From positions 756,776-820,775 of the forward strand of contig OZ253545.1 of the NCBI GenBank assembly GCA_965262615.1: a DNA stretch of 64,000 nt, given 5' to 3'. The position numbers and the translations under genes are program-made. Below the pieces are notes generated by a model that made no database searches, had not been told where the DNA came from, and saw only the letters and a list, made by a program, of their open reading frames with translations. Source of the DNA: Alphaproteobacteria bacterium (lineage in GTDB: Bacteria; Pseudomonadota; Alphaproteobacteria; GM7ARS4; G965262615). This document shows, in pieces, positions 1 to 8,754 of this stretch (position 1 is the stretch's first letter; each line of letters opens with the position of its first letter).

Positions 1-2
1 TG

Positions 3-623
3 GTGGCGGGATGTGATGGCACGGCTTTGCTGGCGGGGGCATCGTCACTGTTGCAATCAATTGCCAAAGGCGTTGCACCTCATGATTTTGCCCCATCGGC
101 GGCAGCCGCTTTGATGGCTGCACACATAAAGAACGAGCGCACCATTCATGTCTTGCTGAGTTATGGCGATGTGTGTGGTGGACTCACGCGCTGGCTCATG
201 CAGTTATACGGCGAATCTCTGGGCAAGAATGGCACAGGCATGACACCCATTGCGTGTCGTGGCACCAGCGATGAACACAGTCAGTTGCAGTTGTGGTGCG
301 ATGGACCTCAAGACAAGGTGTTCACGATTTTGGCGCGCGCCTATGGTGATGTGATGGGTGAGCGGCATGCACTGGATACGATGTTAGATGCTCATTGGCG
401 CGCGGTGCGCGATGAATTGACGGCGCAAAACAATCCATTGCGTCTTCTCACATGGTCGCACATGGATGATGAAACGCTGGGGGCGTTGGTGATGCATTGC
501 ATGTTGGAGGTTTATTTTCTTGCCTGTTTGTTGCAAGTGAATGCGTTTGATGAGCCTGCGGTGCGGGCGGTCAAGGAGCGGGTGGTGCGGTTTTACGATG
601 ATGCAAAAATGGAGGCTTCATAG
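3..623 (+). CDS. pgi: glucose-6-phosphate isomerase, C-terminal part (5' end lies outside the window)
   Basis: The ORF is open at the window edge. PGI-like signatures are visible: TSDEHSQLQL (compare G-S/T-x-D-Q-H-S-x-x-Q) and VNAFDEPAV (compare N-x-F-D-Q-x-G-V) near the C-terminus. Confidence 0.6.
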   Translation: MAGCDGTALLAGASSLLQSIAKGVAPHDFAPSAAAALMAAHIKNERTIHVLLSYGDVCGGLTRWLMQLYGESLGKNGTGMTPIACRGTSDEHSQLQLWCDGPQDKVFTILARAYGDVMGERHALDTMLDAHWRAVRDELTAQNNPLRLLTWSHMDDETLGALVMHCMLEVYFLACLLQVNAFDEPAVRAVKERVVRFYDDAKMEAS

Positions 624-624
624 C

Positions 625-2427
625 ATGGCAATTCGGGCGTTATCGGATCGGGTGATTAGTTTGATTGCGGCGGGGGAGGTGATTGTGCGTCCTGCCTCAG
701 CCATGCGAGAATTGGTGGAGAACAGTCTGGATGCGTCGGCAACGCGTGTGGCGGTGCGCATTGAGGGTGGCGGAGCGTCTCTCATTGAGGTGGAAGATGA
801 TGGCACGGGCATTGTTGCCGATGAATTGGCGTTGGCGGTGGCGCGCCATGCCACATCCAAGCTGCGAGATGATGACATTGAATCCATTGCCACAATGGGA
901 TTTCGCGGCGAAGCACTGGCGGCAATGGGCGCGGTGTCCCATTTGACTGTTGCCTCGCGCGCCAAAGACAGTGAGCACGGAGCATCCATCAGCGTCAATT
1001 ATGGCAAGAGTGAAGAGATGCGTCCGTTGGCGATGGCGCAGGGGACAAAGGTGTCATTGCAAGATTTATTTGCCAAAGTGCCTGCGCGTCTCAAATTTTT
1101 GAAAAAGCCGCAGACAGAAAACGGACACCATCTGGATGCCTTGCAACGCTTGGCGATTGCCTTTCCCGATGTGGTTTTTTCCCTGCATTTTGACGGCAAG
1201 CAGAAACTGATGCTGCCCGCCAGTGATGTGGCGGCACGGGTGCGTGAGATTCTGGGCGAGGAATTGATGGACAACAGTCTTTTGTGTGAGGGCGGTCGTG
1301 ATCATAGCCATGTGAAGGGGTATGCGTCTTTGCCGACATATTCGGCGGCGAGCAGTTCGTTGTTGTATTGTTATGTGAATCGCCGTCCTGTGCGGGATCG
1401 GCTGGTGACGGCGGCGGTGCGCGCGGCCTATGGCGATAGTCTGCCGCGCGGCCGCCATCCGATGGGCGTGCTCTTTCTTTCCATTGCGTCGGAGTGGGTG
1501 GATATGAATGTGCATCCCACCAAGGCGGAGGTGCGTTTTCGCGATCCCTATGGGGTGCGCACACTGATTGTTCACACCATTCGTGATGCCATCGGACGCG
1601 GCGGGGCGCGCGTGGCATCGTCTGTTCATGAGCGCGCCGCCGCCATCGTCCATAAGACCAAAGCAACACCACCACCGATGCCTGCAAGTATGCCTGCAAG
1701 GCGTTCCTCACAACCAATGGACGAGACACCGTCATTGCCTCTGGTGATGTCATCGCAGCCATCGCCGCCGTCATCTCCGCCTGCCGATTTTGCCGCATCG
1801 CCACAGGAGACCACTCCTTTGACGCAGTCGCCGTTGGGGGACGCGGTGGCACAAATTCATGACATGTACATCGTGGCACAAACGGCGCGCGGCATGGTGC
1901 TGGTGGATCAGCATGCCGCCCATGAGCGTATTGTGTATGAAAAACTCAAACAACAATGGCGGGCGGGAGAGGTGACTTCGTATGCTTTGCTGGTGCCGGT
2001 TGTTGTTCATATGGCACGCGCCGAACAGATGGCGGTGCTGCAAGCCAAAGAAATGCTGTTCAAGTGGGGATTTGCGGTGGATGAATTTGGCAAGGAAGCC
2101 ATCACCGTGCGCACCGTGCCTCAGCTATTGAAAGATGTTGCCATTGAAAAGCTCATCAAAGAACTGGCGCAATGCCTGCTACCAAACGGCAGTGATGACG
2201 AAAAACAGCGAGCCGAGGAACAAATTGAGCGGACGCAAGAGGCGGTTCTTTCATTGGTGGCGTGTCATGGTTCGGTGCGTGCGGGGAGAGTCATGAACAA
2301 AAGCGAGATGAATGCCCTGTTGCGCTCCATTGAACAGACACCATTGGCGGGGCAATGCAATCACGGCCGCCCTGTGTATGTGGAATTCAGCAGCCAACAG
2401 TTGGGACGCTTTTTTGACCGTCACTGA
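625..2427 (+). CDS. mutL: DNA mismatch repair protein MutL
   Basis: GHKL ATPase N-terminus (IAAGEVIVRPASAMRELVENSLDA, EDDGTGI, GFRGEAL), a Pro/Ser-rich linker, and a C-terminal dimerisation domain (DQHAAHERIVYE, CHGSVRAG, QCNHGRP). ATG 625 was chosen because the conserved N-terminus MAIRALSDRVI begins there; the tracked ORF start at 541 overlaps pgi. Confidence 0.95.
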   Translation: MAIRALSDRVISLIAAGEVIVRPASAMRELVENSLDASATRVAVRIEGGGASLIEVEDDGTGIVADELALAVARHATSKLRDDDIESIATMGFRGEALAAMGAVSHLTVASRAKDSEHGASISVNYGKSEEMRPLAMAQGTKVSLQDLFAKVPARLKFLKKPQTENGHHLDALQRLAIAFPDVVFSLHFDGKQKLMLPASDVAARVREILGEELMDNSLLCEGGRDHSHVKGYASLPTYSAASSSLLYCYVNRRPVRDRLVTAAVRAAYGDSLPRGRHPMGVLFLSIASEWVDMNVHPTKAEVRFRDPYGVRTLIVHTIRDAIGRGGARVASSVHERAAAIVHKTKATPPPMPASMPARRSSQPMDETPSLPLVMSSQPSPPSSPPADFAASPQETTPLTQSPLGDAVAQIHDMYIVAQTARGMVLVDQHAAHERIVYEKLKQQWRAGEVTSYALLVPVVVHMARAEQMAVLQAKEMLFKWGFAVDEFGKEAITVRTVPQLLKDVAIEKLIKELAQCLLPNGSDDEKQRAEEQIERTQEAVLSLVACHGSVRAGRVMNKSEMNALLRSIEQTPLAGQCNHGRPVYVEFSSQQLGRFFDRH

Positions 2428-2697
2428 ATTGGTGCTTTGAATTGGTGCTTTGAATTGATGCTTTGAATTGATGCTTTGAATTGGTGCTTTGAATTGATGC
2501 TTTGAATTGGTGCTTTGAATTGGTGCTTTGAATTGGTGCTTTGAATTGATGCTTTGAATTGATGCTTTGAATTGGTGCTTTGAATTGATGCTTTGAATTG
2601 GTGCTTTGAATTGATGCTTTGAATTGGTGCTTTGAATTGGTGCTTTGAATTGGTGCTTTGAATTGATGCTTTGAATTGGTGCTTTGAATTGATGCTT
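2425..2697. repeat. perfect head-to-tail tandem array of a 13-bp unit TGAATTG[G/A]TGCTT, 21 copies
   Basis: Counted directly. The units start at 2425 and recur every 13 bp up to 2685. The only variable position is base 8, and the G/A pattern is GGAAGAG GGAAGAG AGGGAGA. The first unit contains the mutL stop codon, and the array ends 42 nt upstream of the putative xoxF -35 box. Confidence 0.97.
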
Positions 2698-2738
2698 TTA
2701 ATAACCATTCTCAATTTGTTAAATTGTTAAAAAATCTC

Positions 2739-2766
2739 TTGACCTCATCTTTAAGAGCCATACAAT
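2739..2766 (+). promoter_or_regulatory. putative sigma70-type promoter of xoxF (TTGACC, 16-nt spacer, TACAAT)
   Basis: TTGACC at 2739-2744 and TACAAT at 2761-2766, about 108 nt upstream of the xoxF ATG. Motif match only. Confidence 0.4.
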
Positions 2767-2873
2767 GCATTCATGGGTGATGGTTCCTTTCTGTCACTCT
2801 ACATCATCGGATTCCGTGAGTGTGGCTTTGCTGTGTGAATGGTTTCCGATCAACCCAAGAAGGAGGTATTAGC

Positions 2874-4724
2874 ATGAAATATGCTATCCGTAGTCTTCTG
2901 AGTCTGGTTGCTTTGTCTTTCGTTGTGACATCTGCTCATGCGAATGACTGGTTGTTGGACAATCAGAAAGACCCTAAACAGTGGGTTATGCCGACAGGCA
3001 ATTATGACGCGCATCGCTTTTCTCGGTTGACACAAATCAACCGCGGGAATGTGCATCGTCTGAAAATGGCCTGGAACTTCTCAACGGGCGTTCTTCGTGG
3101 TCACGAAGGCGGACCTTTGGTGGTGGACAATATGATGTATATTCATACGCCCATCCCCAATAAAGTGTTCGCTTTGGACCTTGATGAAGATGCGCGCATC
3201 GTTTGGGAGTACAATCCCGTCAAGGGCGGCAGATACCCCAGTGGAGACACTGAAGAGCGCGTGATTTCGGTCATGTGCTGTGATAATGTCAACAGAGGTG
3301 TTGCGTACACCGAAGGCGAAGGTGCTGGTGACGGTACTGTCTTCTTGCACGCTGCCGACACCACTTTGATTGCTTTGGATGCTGAAGATGGCGAAGTCAA
3401 ATGGCAAGTCACCAACATGGATCCAGGAACAGGCAATCGTGGTGTGTCCGCCTCTACCGGCACAGGTGTCCCGTTCATCATCAAAGATAAAGTTGGCATT
3501 GGTTGCTCTGGCGCTGAATTCGGCGTCCGTTGTAGCTGGACCATGTATCGCATGTCCGATGGATCGCGCGTGTGGCGCGCCTATTCCATGGGTCCCGATG
3601 ATGATATCCTGGTGGATCCCAATCGCACCACTCACATGCTGCAACCCGTCGGTCGTGACTCCAGCGTTAACAGCTGGAAAGGCGATCAGTGGGAAATCGG
3701 CGGTGGCTCCATCTGGGGCTGGTATGCATGGGATCCTCGCGTGGATCTGCTCTACTACGGCACAGGTAACCCCAGCACATGGAATCCTGTTGTCCGTCCA
3801 GGAGACAACCGTTGGTCTATGACCATCATGGCGCGCAATCCTGACACAGGTGTCGCCAAGTGGTTCTATCAAATGACCCCCCATGATGAGTGGGATTATG
3901 ACGGTGTCAATGAGATGATTCTCGCCGACATTCCTGTCAAAGGGCGCAAGCGTCATGCCTTGGTTCACTTCGATCGCAATGGCTTCGCTTACACCATGGA
4001 CAGAGTCACAGGTGAACTGCTCATCGCGGAAAAATATGATCCTGCCGTCAACTGGGCGACCCATGTCGATATGAAGACTGGACGTCCTCAAGTGGTGGAT
4101 GCATATTCCACGCATCACAATGGTGAAGATGTCAATACAACTGACATCTGTCCCGCCGCGCTCGGTACGAAAGACCAGCAACCCGCCAGCTTCTCGCCGA
4201 AGTCTGGGTTGTTCTATGTGCCGACCAATCATGTCTGCATGGACTATGAACCGGTGGGTAATCCTGTCTACACGGCAGGGAATGCCTATGTGAATGCAGT
4301 CTTGAGCATGTATCCGGCACCAGGTGGTACTCACTTGGGTCGATTCGTCGCTTGGGATGCGGGAACTGGACAAGAAGTATGGGGCATTGACGAACCCTTC
4401 TCAGTGTGGTCTGGCGCTTTGTCAACCGCTGGAGATGTGGTCTTCTACGGAACGCTTGAGGGTTACTTCAAAGCGGTCGATGCTCGTAACGGCGATGAAC
4501 TCTATAGGTTCAAAACCGCGTCCGGTATCATCGGCAATGTGCATACATGGATGCATGACGACAAGCAATACATCGGCATCTTTTCGGGTGTTGGTGGCTG
4601 GGCTGGAATCGGCCTTGCCGCTGGACTCACCGATCCGAGTGCTGGTCTCGGTGCTGTCGGGGCTTACCAAAGTCTGCACAACTACACCAAACTTGGTGGT
4701 GTCCTGAATGTCTTCTCTCTCTAA
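2874..4724 (+). CDS. xoxF: PQQ-dependent methanol dehydrogenase, lanthanide-dependent XoxF type
   Basis: Signal peptide ([13 protein letters not shown]), a vicinal Cys-Cys ([10 protein letters not shown]), and full-length resemblance to MxaF/XoxF ([44 protein letters not shown]). [10 protein letters not shown] carries the extra Asp (DYDG) where Ca-dependent MxaF has DYAG. AGGAGG at 2861-2866 lies 7 nt before ATG 2874. Confidence 0.93.
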   Translation: MKYAIRSLLSLVALSFVVTSAHANDWLLDNQKDPKQWVMPTGNYDAHRFSRLTQINRGNVHRLKMAWNFSTGVLRGHEGGPLVVDNMMYIHTPIPNKVFALDLDEDARIVWEYNPVKGGRYPSGDTEERVISVMCCDNVNRGVAYTEGEGAGDGTVFLHAADTTLIALDAEDGEVKWQVTNMDPGTGNRGVSASTGTGVPFIIKDKVGIGCSGAEFGVRCSWTMYRMSDGSRVWRAYSMGPDDDILVDPNRTTHMLQPVGRDSSVNSWKGDQWEIGGGSIWGWYAWDPRVDLLYYGTGNPSTWNPVVRPGDNRWSMTIMARNPDTGVAKWFYQMTPHDEWDYDGVNEMILADIPVKGRKRHALVHFDRNGFAYTMDRVTGELLIAEKYDPAVNWATHVDMKTGRPQVVDAYSTHHNGEDVNTTDICPAALGTKDQQPASFSPKSGLFYVPTNHVCMDYEPVGNPVYTAGNAYVNAVLSMYPAPGGTHLGRFVAWDAGTGQEVWGIDEPFSVWSGALSTAGDVVFYGTLEGYFKAVDARNGDELYRFKTASGIIGNVHTWMHDDKQYIGIFSGVGGWAGIGLAAGLTDPSAGLGAVGAYQSLHNYTKLGGVLNVFSL

Positions 4725-4744
4725 GAGGGGATTATGGGAAGAGT

Positions 4745-4772
4745 GGGGCTCGAAGTTAACGCTTCGAGCCCC
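4745..4772 (+). other. intercistronic stem-loop between xoxF and xoxG (11-bp perfect stem GGGGCTCGAAG/CTTCGAGCCCC, 6-nt loop)
   Basis: Inverted repeat read directly: left arm 4745-4755, right arm 4762-4772. No T-run follows, so it is not a canonical intrinsic terminator. It could be an mRNA processing or stability element. Confidence 0.55.
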
Positions 4773-4796
4773 CACTCACATCAAAGGAGATCAATT

Positions 4797-5495
4797 ATGA
4801 TGAAAAATTTTATGAGAACAGCAACCCGTTTGAGTGCCCAATTGGGTGTATTGTGTGCCTTCCTCTTTGTGAATCCTTTGCTGGCGCAAGAACAGAAGGT
4901 GCTTGAACCGGAATTTGATGCCAACGGCAACCCCATTCCTGTGACCATTGACATTGAGTATGATAGCAAAAATCGTCCCGTTGGTCTTCCCGCTGTGGAG
5001 CCACAATACAATGATGAGGAGGGAGATCCCGCCTATTACTATGTCATCAATGGAAATCCTCCTGGAGAGCCTCCCGATTATGAAGGTATGGAACTCAAGG
5101 ATGTGCTTTATTTTGTTGATCCCAAAGCCAAGACTGTGGAAGAGCGAGAACCCATCTCCGGATGGATGGATTTTGCCACCTACGACGGCTGGCGGCGTTA
5201 TCATGAGTCGTGTCATGTGTGTCATGGTCCCGATGGCATGGGGAGCACTTATGCGCCCGCCATCACTGAGAGCATGAAGACGATGAACTGGGAGTATTTT
5301 GCCAATGTGGTCATCAATGGTCGTGGACGCGCTGAGGGGGCGGCGGCGGGAAATGTCATGCCGGCATTTGGCGAGGATGGCAATGTCGCGCCCTATGTGG
5401 AGGATCTCTATCGCTATTTGAAAATGCGCGCCGATGGCAAGGTGCGGCGTGGTGTACGCATGCCGCGGCTGCCCAAATACAAAGAGCCCAGCTAA
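4797..5495 (+). CDS. xoxG: periplasmic c-type cytochrome, XoxG-like (cytochrome cL family)
   Basis: Signal peptide, a single CxxCH haem motif (SCHVCHG), and a position immediately downstream of xoxF. AAGGAGA precedes ATG 4797. Confidence 0.8.
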   Translation: MMKNFMRTATRLSAQLGVLCAFLFVNPLLAQEQKVLEPEFDANGNPIPVTIDIEYDSKNRPVGLPAVEPQYNDEEGDPAYYYVINGNPPGEPPDYEGMELKDVLYFVDPKAKTVEEREPISGWMDFATYDGWRRYHESCHVCHGPDGMGSTYAPAITESMKTMNWEYFANVVINGRGRAEGAAAGNVMPAFGEDGNVAPYVEDLYRYLKMRADGKVRRGVRMPRLPKYKEPS

Positions 5496-5516
5496 GCCAG
5501 ACTTCATCAAGGTGAG

Positions 5517-6338
5517 ATGATGCGTTGTCTTGGATTCCTTGTTTGCTTCGTGGGGATGCTGTGGAGCACGCAGATTCATGCGCGTGCCACCTCTATTCAG
5601 GCGGTGGATGCCGAGACTTTGCGCGTCTGTGCTGACCCCGCCAACATGCCCTTTTCCAACAAGGAGCAAGAAGGCTTTGAAAATGACATCGCTCGCTTGC
5701 TGGCACAATGGCTGAAGAAAGACCTCTCCTATGATTGGTTTCCTCAAGCCATTGGCTATGTGCGCAACACTCTGAACAAGAAACGCTGCGATGTTTTTAT
5801 CGGCATGCCCACGGGCAGTGATTTGGTTCTCAACACCAATCCTTATTATCGCTGGGGGTATAGCATGGTGTATCGCAGTGATGCGGGCATTGAGGTGGAT
5901 CGCCCTGACCATCCGCAGCTGGCGGAATTGCGGATTGGCGCAGTGGCGGGAACGCCGCCCAACTATGTGCTGCACCTGCACAACTTGATGGGACGGGTGC
6001 GTCCTTACAAATTGATTTTTGACACCCGTCTGCGCTCCATTGCTCATGAGATGGTTTTGGATTTGAAAAATGGCTTTGTGGATATTTTATTCATGGCGGA
6101 TATTTTGGCTGCCCATTATGCTCGTGAGGAGGGACTGGACATCACCATGATTCCCATCACCAGCACGGAGCAAAATGATTATGGCAAGGTGGAATTTTTG
6201 ATGGCGATGGGGGTGCGTCACGGCGAGAATGATTGGAAGCGGTTGCTCAACAGTTTTTTGCGTGAGGAAAAAGATGCCATTGGTGCCATTTTGCAAAAGC
6301 ACCAAATTCCCGTGCGTCCCGTTCGCCCAGCGCGCTAA
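5517..6338 (+). CDS. xoxJ: quinoprotein-dehydrogenase-associated periplasmic solute-binding protein (XoxJ/MxaJ family)
   Basis: Signal peptide, the motif LRVCADPANMPFSN typical of MoxJ-like type 3 binding proteins, and gene order xoxF-G-J. Confidence 0.8.
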   Translation: MMRCLGFLVCFVGMLWSTQIHARATSIQAVDAETLRVCADPANMPFSNKEQEGFENDIARLLAQWLKKDLSYDWFPQAIGYVRNTLNKKRCDVFIGMPTGSDLVLNTNPYYRWGYSMVYRSDAGIEVDRPDHPQLAELRIGAVAGTPPNYVLHLHNLMGRVRPYKLIFDTRLRSIAHEMVLDLKNGFVDILFMADILAAHYAREEGLDITMIPITSTEQNDYGKVEFLMAMGVRHGENDWKRLLNSFLREEKDAIGAILQKHQIPVRPVRPAR

Positions 6339-6339
6339 T

Positions 6340-7272
6340 CTATTTGCGGGTGAGCTGGCGAAAAATATCTTCTAAATCTGATTGGCGGGTTGTGATGTCA
6401 CGAATGACAATGCCGCTCGCACGGCAGGCATCCAGCAGAGGCGCAACGGAGGTCTCCCGACTGGCATAGGGAATGCGGATGTGAAAATCATCGGTGCGCT
6501 CGCCTCCCAGTTGGTGCAGTTGCTGGCTGATATCGCTGATTTTTTGCTCGCTGGTGATGATGAGTTCTTTTTGGTCAATGCGCGCCAACAGGTTGGCTTT
6601 GGCATCACAGGCGATGACTTTGCCCTTGTCAATGATGGCGATGGTGTCGCAGAGCTCTTCGGCTTCCTCCAGATAGTGGGTGGTGAGAATGATGGTGGTG
6701 CCTTGACTGTTGAGCTCACGCACCCGCTCCCACAATTTTTGCCGCAATTCAATGTCCACGCCGGCGGTGGGTTCATCCAGCACGAGGATGGGCGGCTGAT
6801 GCACCATGGCTTTGGCAATCATCAGCCGCCGCCGCATTCCGCCTGACAGACTGCGCGGGTAGGAATCTGCCTTATCTCTCAATTCCAGCATCGTGAGCAA
6901 TTCATCGGTGTGGCGATTTTTTTTGGTGACACCATAGAGTCCCGCGTGCAGTTCCAAAATTTGACGGGGTGTGAAAAAGGGGTCTAGGTTCAATTCTTGT
7001 GGCACGATGCCGATGTGCATTTTGGCATTGCGATGATCCTCATCAATGTCAATATCCCAGATATGAATCTTGCCGCTGGTTTTGCGCACGAGTCCTGCCA
7101 GAATATTGATGAAGGTGGATTTGCCCGCCCCATTGGGACCCAGCAGAGCGAACAGGGAGCCGCGCGGGATGTCCAATTGCAATTGGTCAAGTGCCACAAA
7201 GGCGGATTTGCCCTTGCGATAGATTTTGCTCAACCGATGGGCACGCACCGCGATGTCTGGTGTTGGGGTCAT
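6340..7272 (-). CDS. ABC transporter ATP-binding protein (ABC-2/DrrA-like)
   Basis: Walker A GPNGAGKST, ABC signature LSGGMRRR, Walker B ILVLDEPT, and a C-terminal accessory domain. No permease gene follows it. Confidence 0.85.
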   Translation of the reverse strand: MTPTPDIAVRAHRLSKIYRKGKSAFVALDQLQLDIPRGSLFALLGPNGAGKSTFINILAGLVRKTSGKIHIWDIDIDEDHRNAKMHIGIVPQELNLDPFFTPRQILELHAGLYGVTKKNRHTDELLTMLELRDKADSYPRSLSGGMRRRLMIAKAMVHQPPILVLDEPTAGVDIELRQKLWERVRELNSQGTTIILTTHYLEEAEELCDTIAIIDKGKVIACDAKANLLARIDQKELIITSEQKISDISQQLHQLGGERTDDFHIRIPYASRETSVAPLLDACRASGIVIRDITTRQSDLEDIFRQLTRK

Positions 7273-7646
7273 AGTTCACGCAATTGGGAGCGAATGGCTT
7301 TGAGCTGCCCAAGGATGGTGCTCAGTTCGTGCGCAATATCGGGCGTGGGATTTGCGGTGGGCGGCTTTGTTTCTTCTTGTGGCGCGGCGGCTTTGGGGGC
7401 TGGCTGTGTGTTCTCCTCGGTGAGGATTTTTTGCGCGCCTTTGATGGTGTAGCCGTCTGTGTAGAGCAATTGTTTGATGCGCTGCAGCAGTTGCATCATG
7501 GCATCATCGTAGTAGCGTCTGTTGTCTCCTGGCTTGACGGGGACGAGCTGGTCAAATTGCGTCTCCCAGTAGCGCAGGACATGTTGCGGCAGTTCCAGTG
7601 TGGTGGCGGCTTCGCCGATGGTTTTGTAGTGTTTGTCGTCACTCAT
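7269..7646 (-). CDS. MerR-family transcriptional regulator
   Basis: N-terminal HTH (YKTIGEAATTLELPQHVLRYWE...RRYY). It overlaps the ihfA stop, the usual ihfA-merR arrangement in Alphaproteobacteria. Confidence 0.8.
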   Translation of the reverse strand: MSDDKHYKTIGEAATTLELPQHVLRYWETQFDQLVPVKPGDNRRYYDDAMMQLLQRIKQLLYTDGYTIKGAQKILTEENTQPAPKAAAPQEETKPPTANPTPDIAHELSTILGQLKAIRSQLREL

Positions 7647-7938
7647 GATGTGACCGTTTTTTCAATTGGCTGGAGGGGCGAAAACTGATGGTGCGCTTGG
7701 CGGGCACATAAATTTGCTCTCCCGTGGCGATACTGCGCGCCATGCGGGGTGCTTTGTGATAAATGGTGAAGCTGCCGAAATCACGAATTTTGACGCTGCG
7801 ATGATGCGCCAGCTCGGAAGTGATGATATCAAAGCAATCGCGCACCATGAGCTGACACAGATTTTTAGAAAGTCCCATGTGTTGATGCAACCGCTCGGCG
7901 ATGATGTCACGGGTGAGGGTGTTTTGCGTTGGCTTCAT
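7639..7938 (-). CDS. ihfA: integration host factor subunit alpha (HU/IHF family)
   Basis: 99 aa with IHF/HU-type sequence (LTRDIIAERL...VKIRDFGSF...R.ARS..TGE...V.AKR...FRPS). Confidence 0.8.
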   Translation of the reverse strand: MKPTQNTLTRDIIAERLHQHMGLSKNLCQLMVRDCFDIITSELAHHRSVKIRDFGSFTIYHKAPRMARSIATGEQIYVPAKRTISFRPSSQLKKRSHHE

Positions 7939-7956
7939 GATTGCATTGTGTGGCGG

Positions 7957-8754
7957 TTAGGAGGGAGTGTCAAGCGACTGGTGTTGCCAGCCGAGACTTT
8001 GTCCGCCATCCACACTGATGGTTTGTCCCGTGACGGCATCATTGTGCAACAAAAAAGAGACGGCGTGAGCCACAGTGGCAGGAGTGCCGCCGTGCCCAAG
8101 AGGCATACGCAGGCATTGTTGGTGAAAATCAGCGGCGGATTGTTGCTCATCAGGCAAAATGGGACCTGGCGCGACTTCATTGACTCGCACCTGTGGCGCA
8201 AATGCCAGTGCCATGCAACGAGTCATGCCGTGCAGCACATATTGACTCATGGCGTAGGTGGCAAAATGAGGCGTCATGTTAAACACGCGCTGGTCGCTGA
8301 TGTGAATGATACAGCCGCGCTGGGTCTCAGGCAGAGAGCGGACAAAATGCTGCGATAAAAAAAACACCGCCTTGGCATTGATAGCCATGGTCTCATCCCA
8401 CTGAGCGGGCGTTGCATCGCGGTAGGTGTCTGGCAAAAAGATTGACGCATTGTTAATCAGCGCACCGAGTTCTTGATGATGACGATGAGCTTCCTTCACG
8501 ATGGCATCGGTGTCATCGCGCACATCACCTATGATGACGCTGGCTTTGCGTCCTTTTTGTTCAATCTCGGCTTGCAAGGTGCGCGCCTCATCGGCGGAAC
8601 GGTGGGCATGAATGGCAATATCCCAGCCCTCGTTCGCCAGATGCAGAGCGATGGCGCGTCCAATACGGCGCGCACCACCCGTGATGAGCGCGATTTTCGG
8701 CACGGGCGGCAGAGTTGTATGTGTCATTCCATCAATATGAAGTGAATCACTCAT
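7957..8754 (-). CDS. SDR-family oxidoreductase (pteridine-reductase-like)
   Basis: Rossmann motif TGGARRIG, and a catalytic region YAMSQYVLHG (Y-x-x-x-K replaced by a Y..S..H context). The sub-family assignment is tentative. Confidence 0.7.
   Translation of the reverse strand: MSDSLHIDGMTHTTLPPVPKIALITGGARRIGRAIALHLANEGWDIAIHAHRSADEARTLQAEIEQKGRKASVIIGDVRDDTDAIVKEAHRHHQELGALINNASIFLPDTYRDATPAQWDETMAINAKAVFFLSQHFVRSLPETQRGCIIHISDQRVFNMTPHFATYAMSQYVLHGMTRCMALAFAPQVRVNEVAPGPILPDEQQSAADFHQQCLRMPLGHGGTPATVAHAVSFLLHNDAVTGQTISVDGGQSLGWQHQSLDTPS

Noticed and set aside
2425-2697. Possible CRISPR array
   Set aside because: The units are contiguous 13-mers with no spacers and far too short a repeat length, and no cas genes are present. 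It is a micro/minisatellite.
2421-2714. 97-aa minus-strand ORF with a 13-aa periodic sequence (NSKHQFKA...)
   Set aside because: It is simply the translation of the 13-bp tandem array (3 x 13 bp = 39 bp = 13 aa). It has no start context, and its periodicity is entirely explained by the DNA repeat. I report it as a repeat, not a gene.
3081-6047. Long antisense ORFs opposite xoxF, xoxG and xoxJ (430 aa at 3081-4373; 418 aa at 4791-6047)
   Set aside because: They lie fully inside confidently identified genes on the other strand. Their composition is low-complexity and His/Arg/Gly-rich, as is typical of antisense frames, and they carry no motifs. The same reasoning applies to 1091-1879, 31216-32415, 40494-41090, 46193-47053 and 59692-60483.
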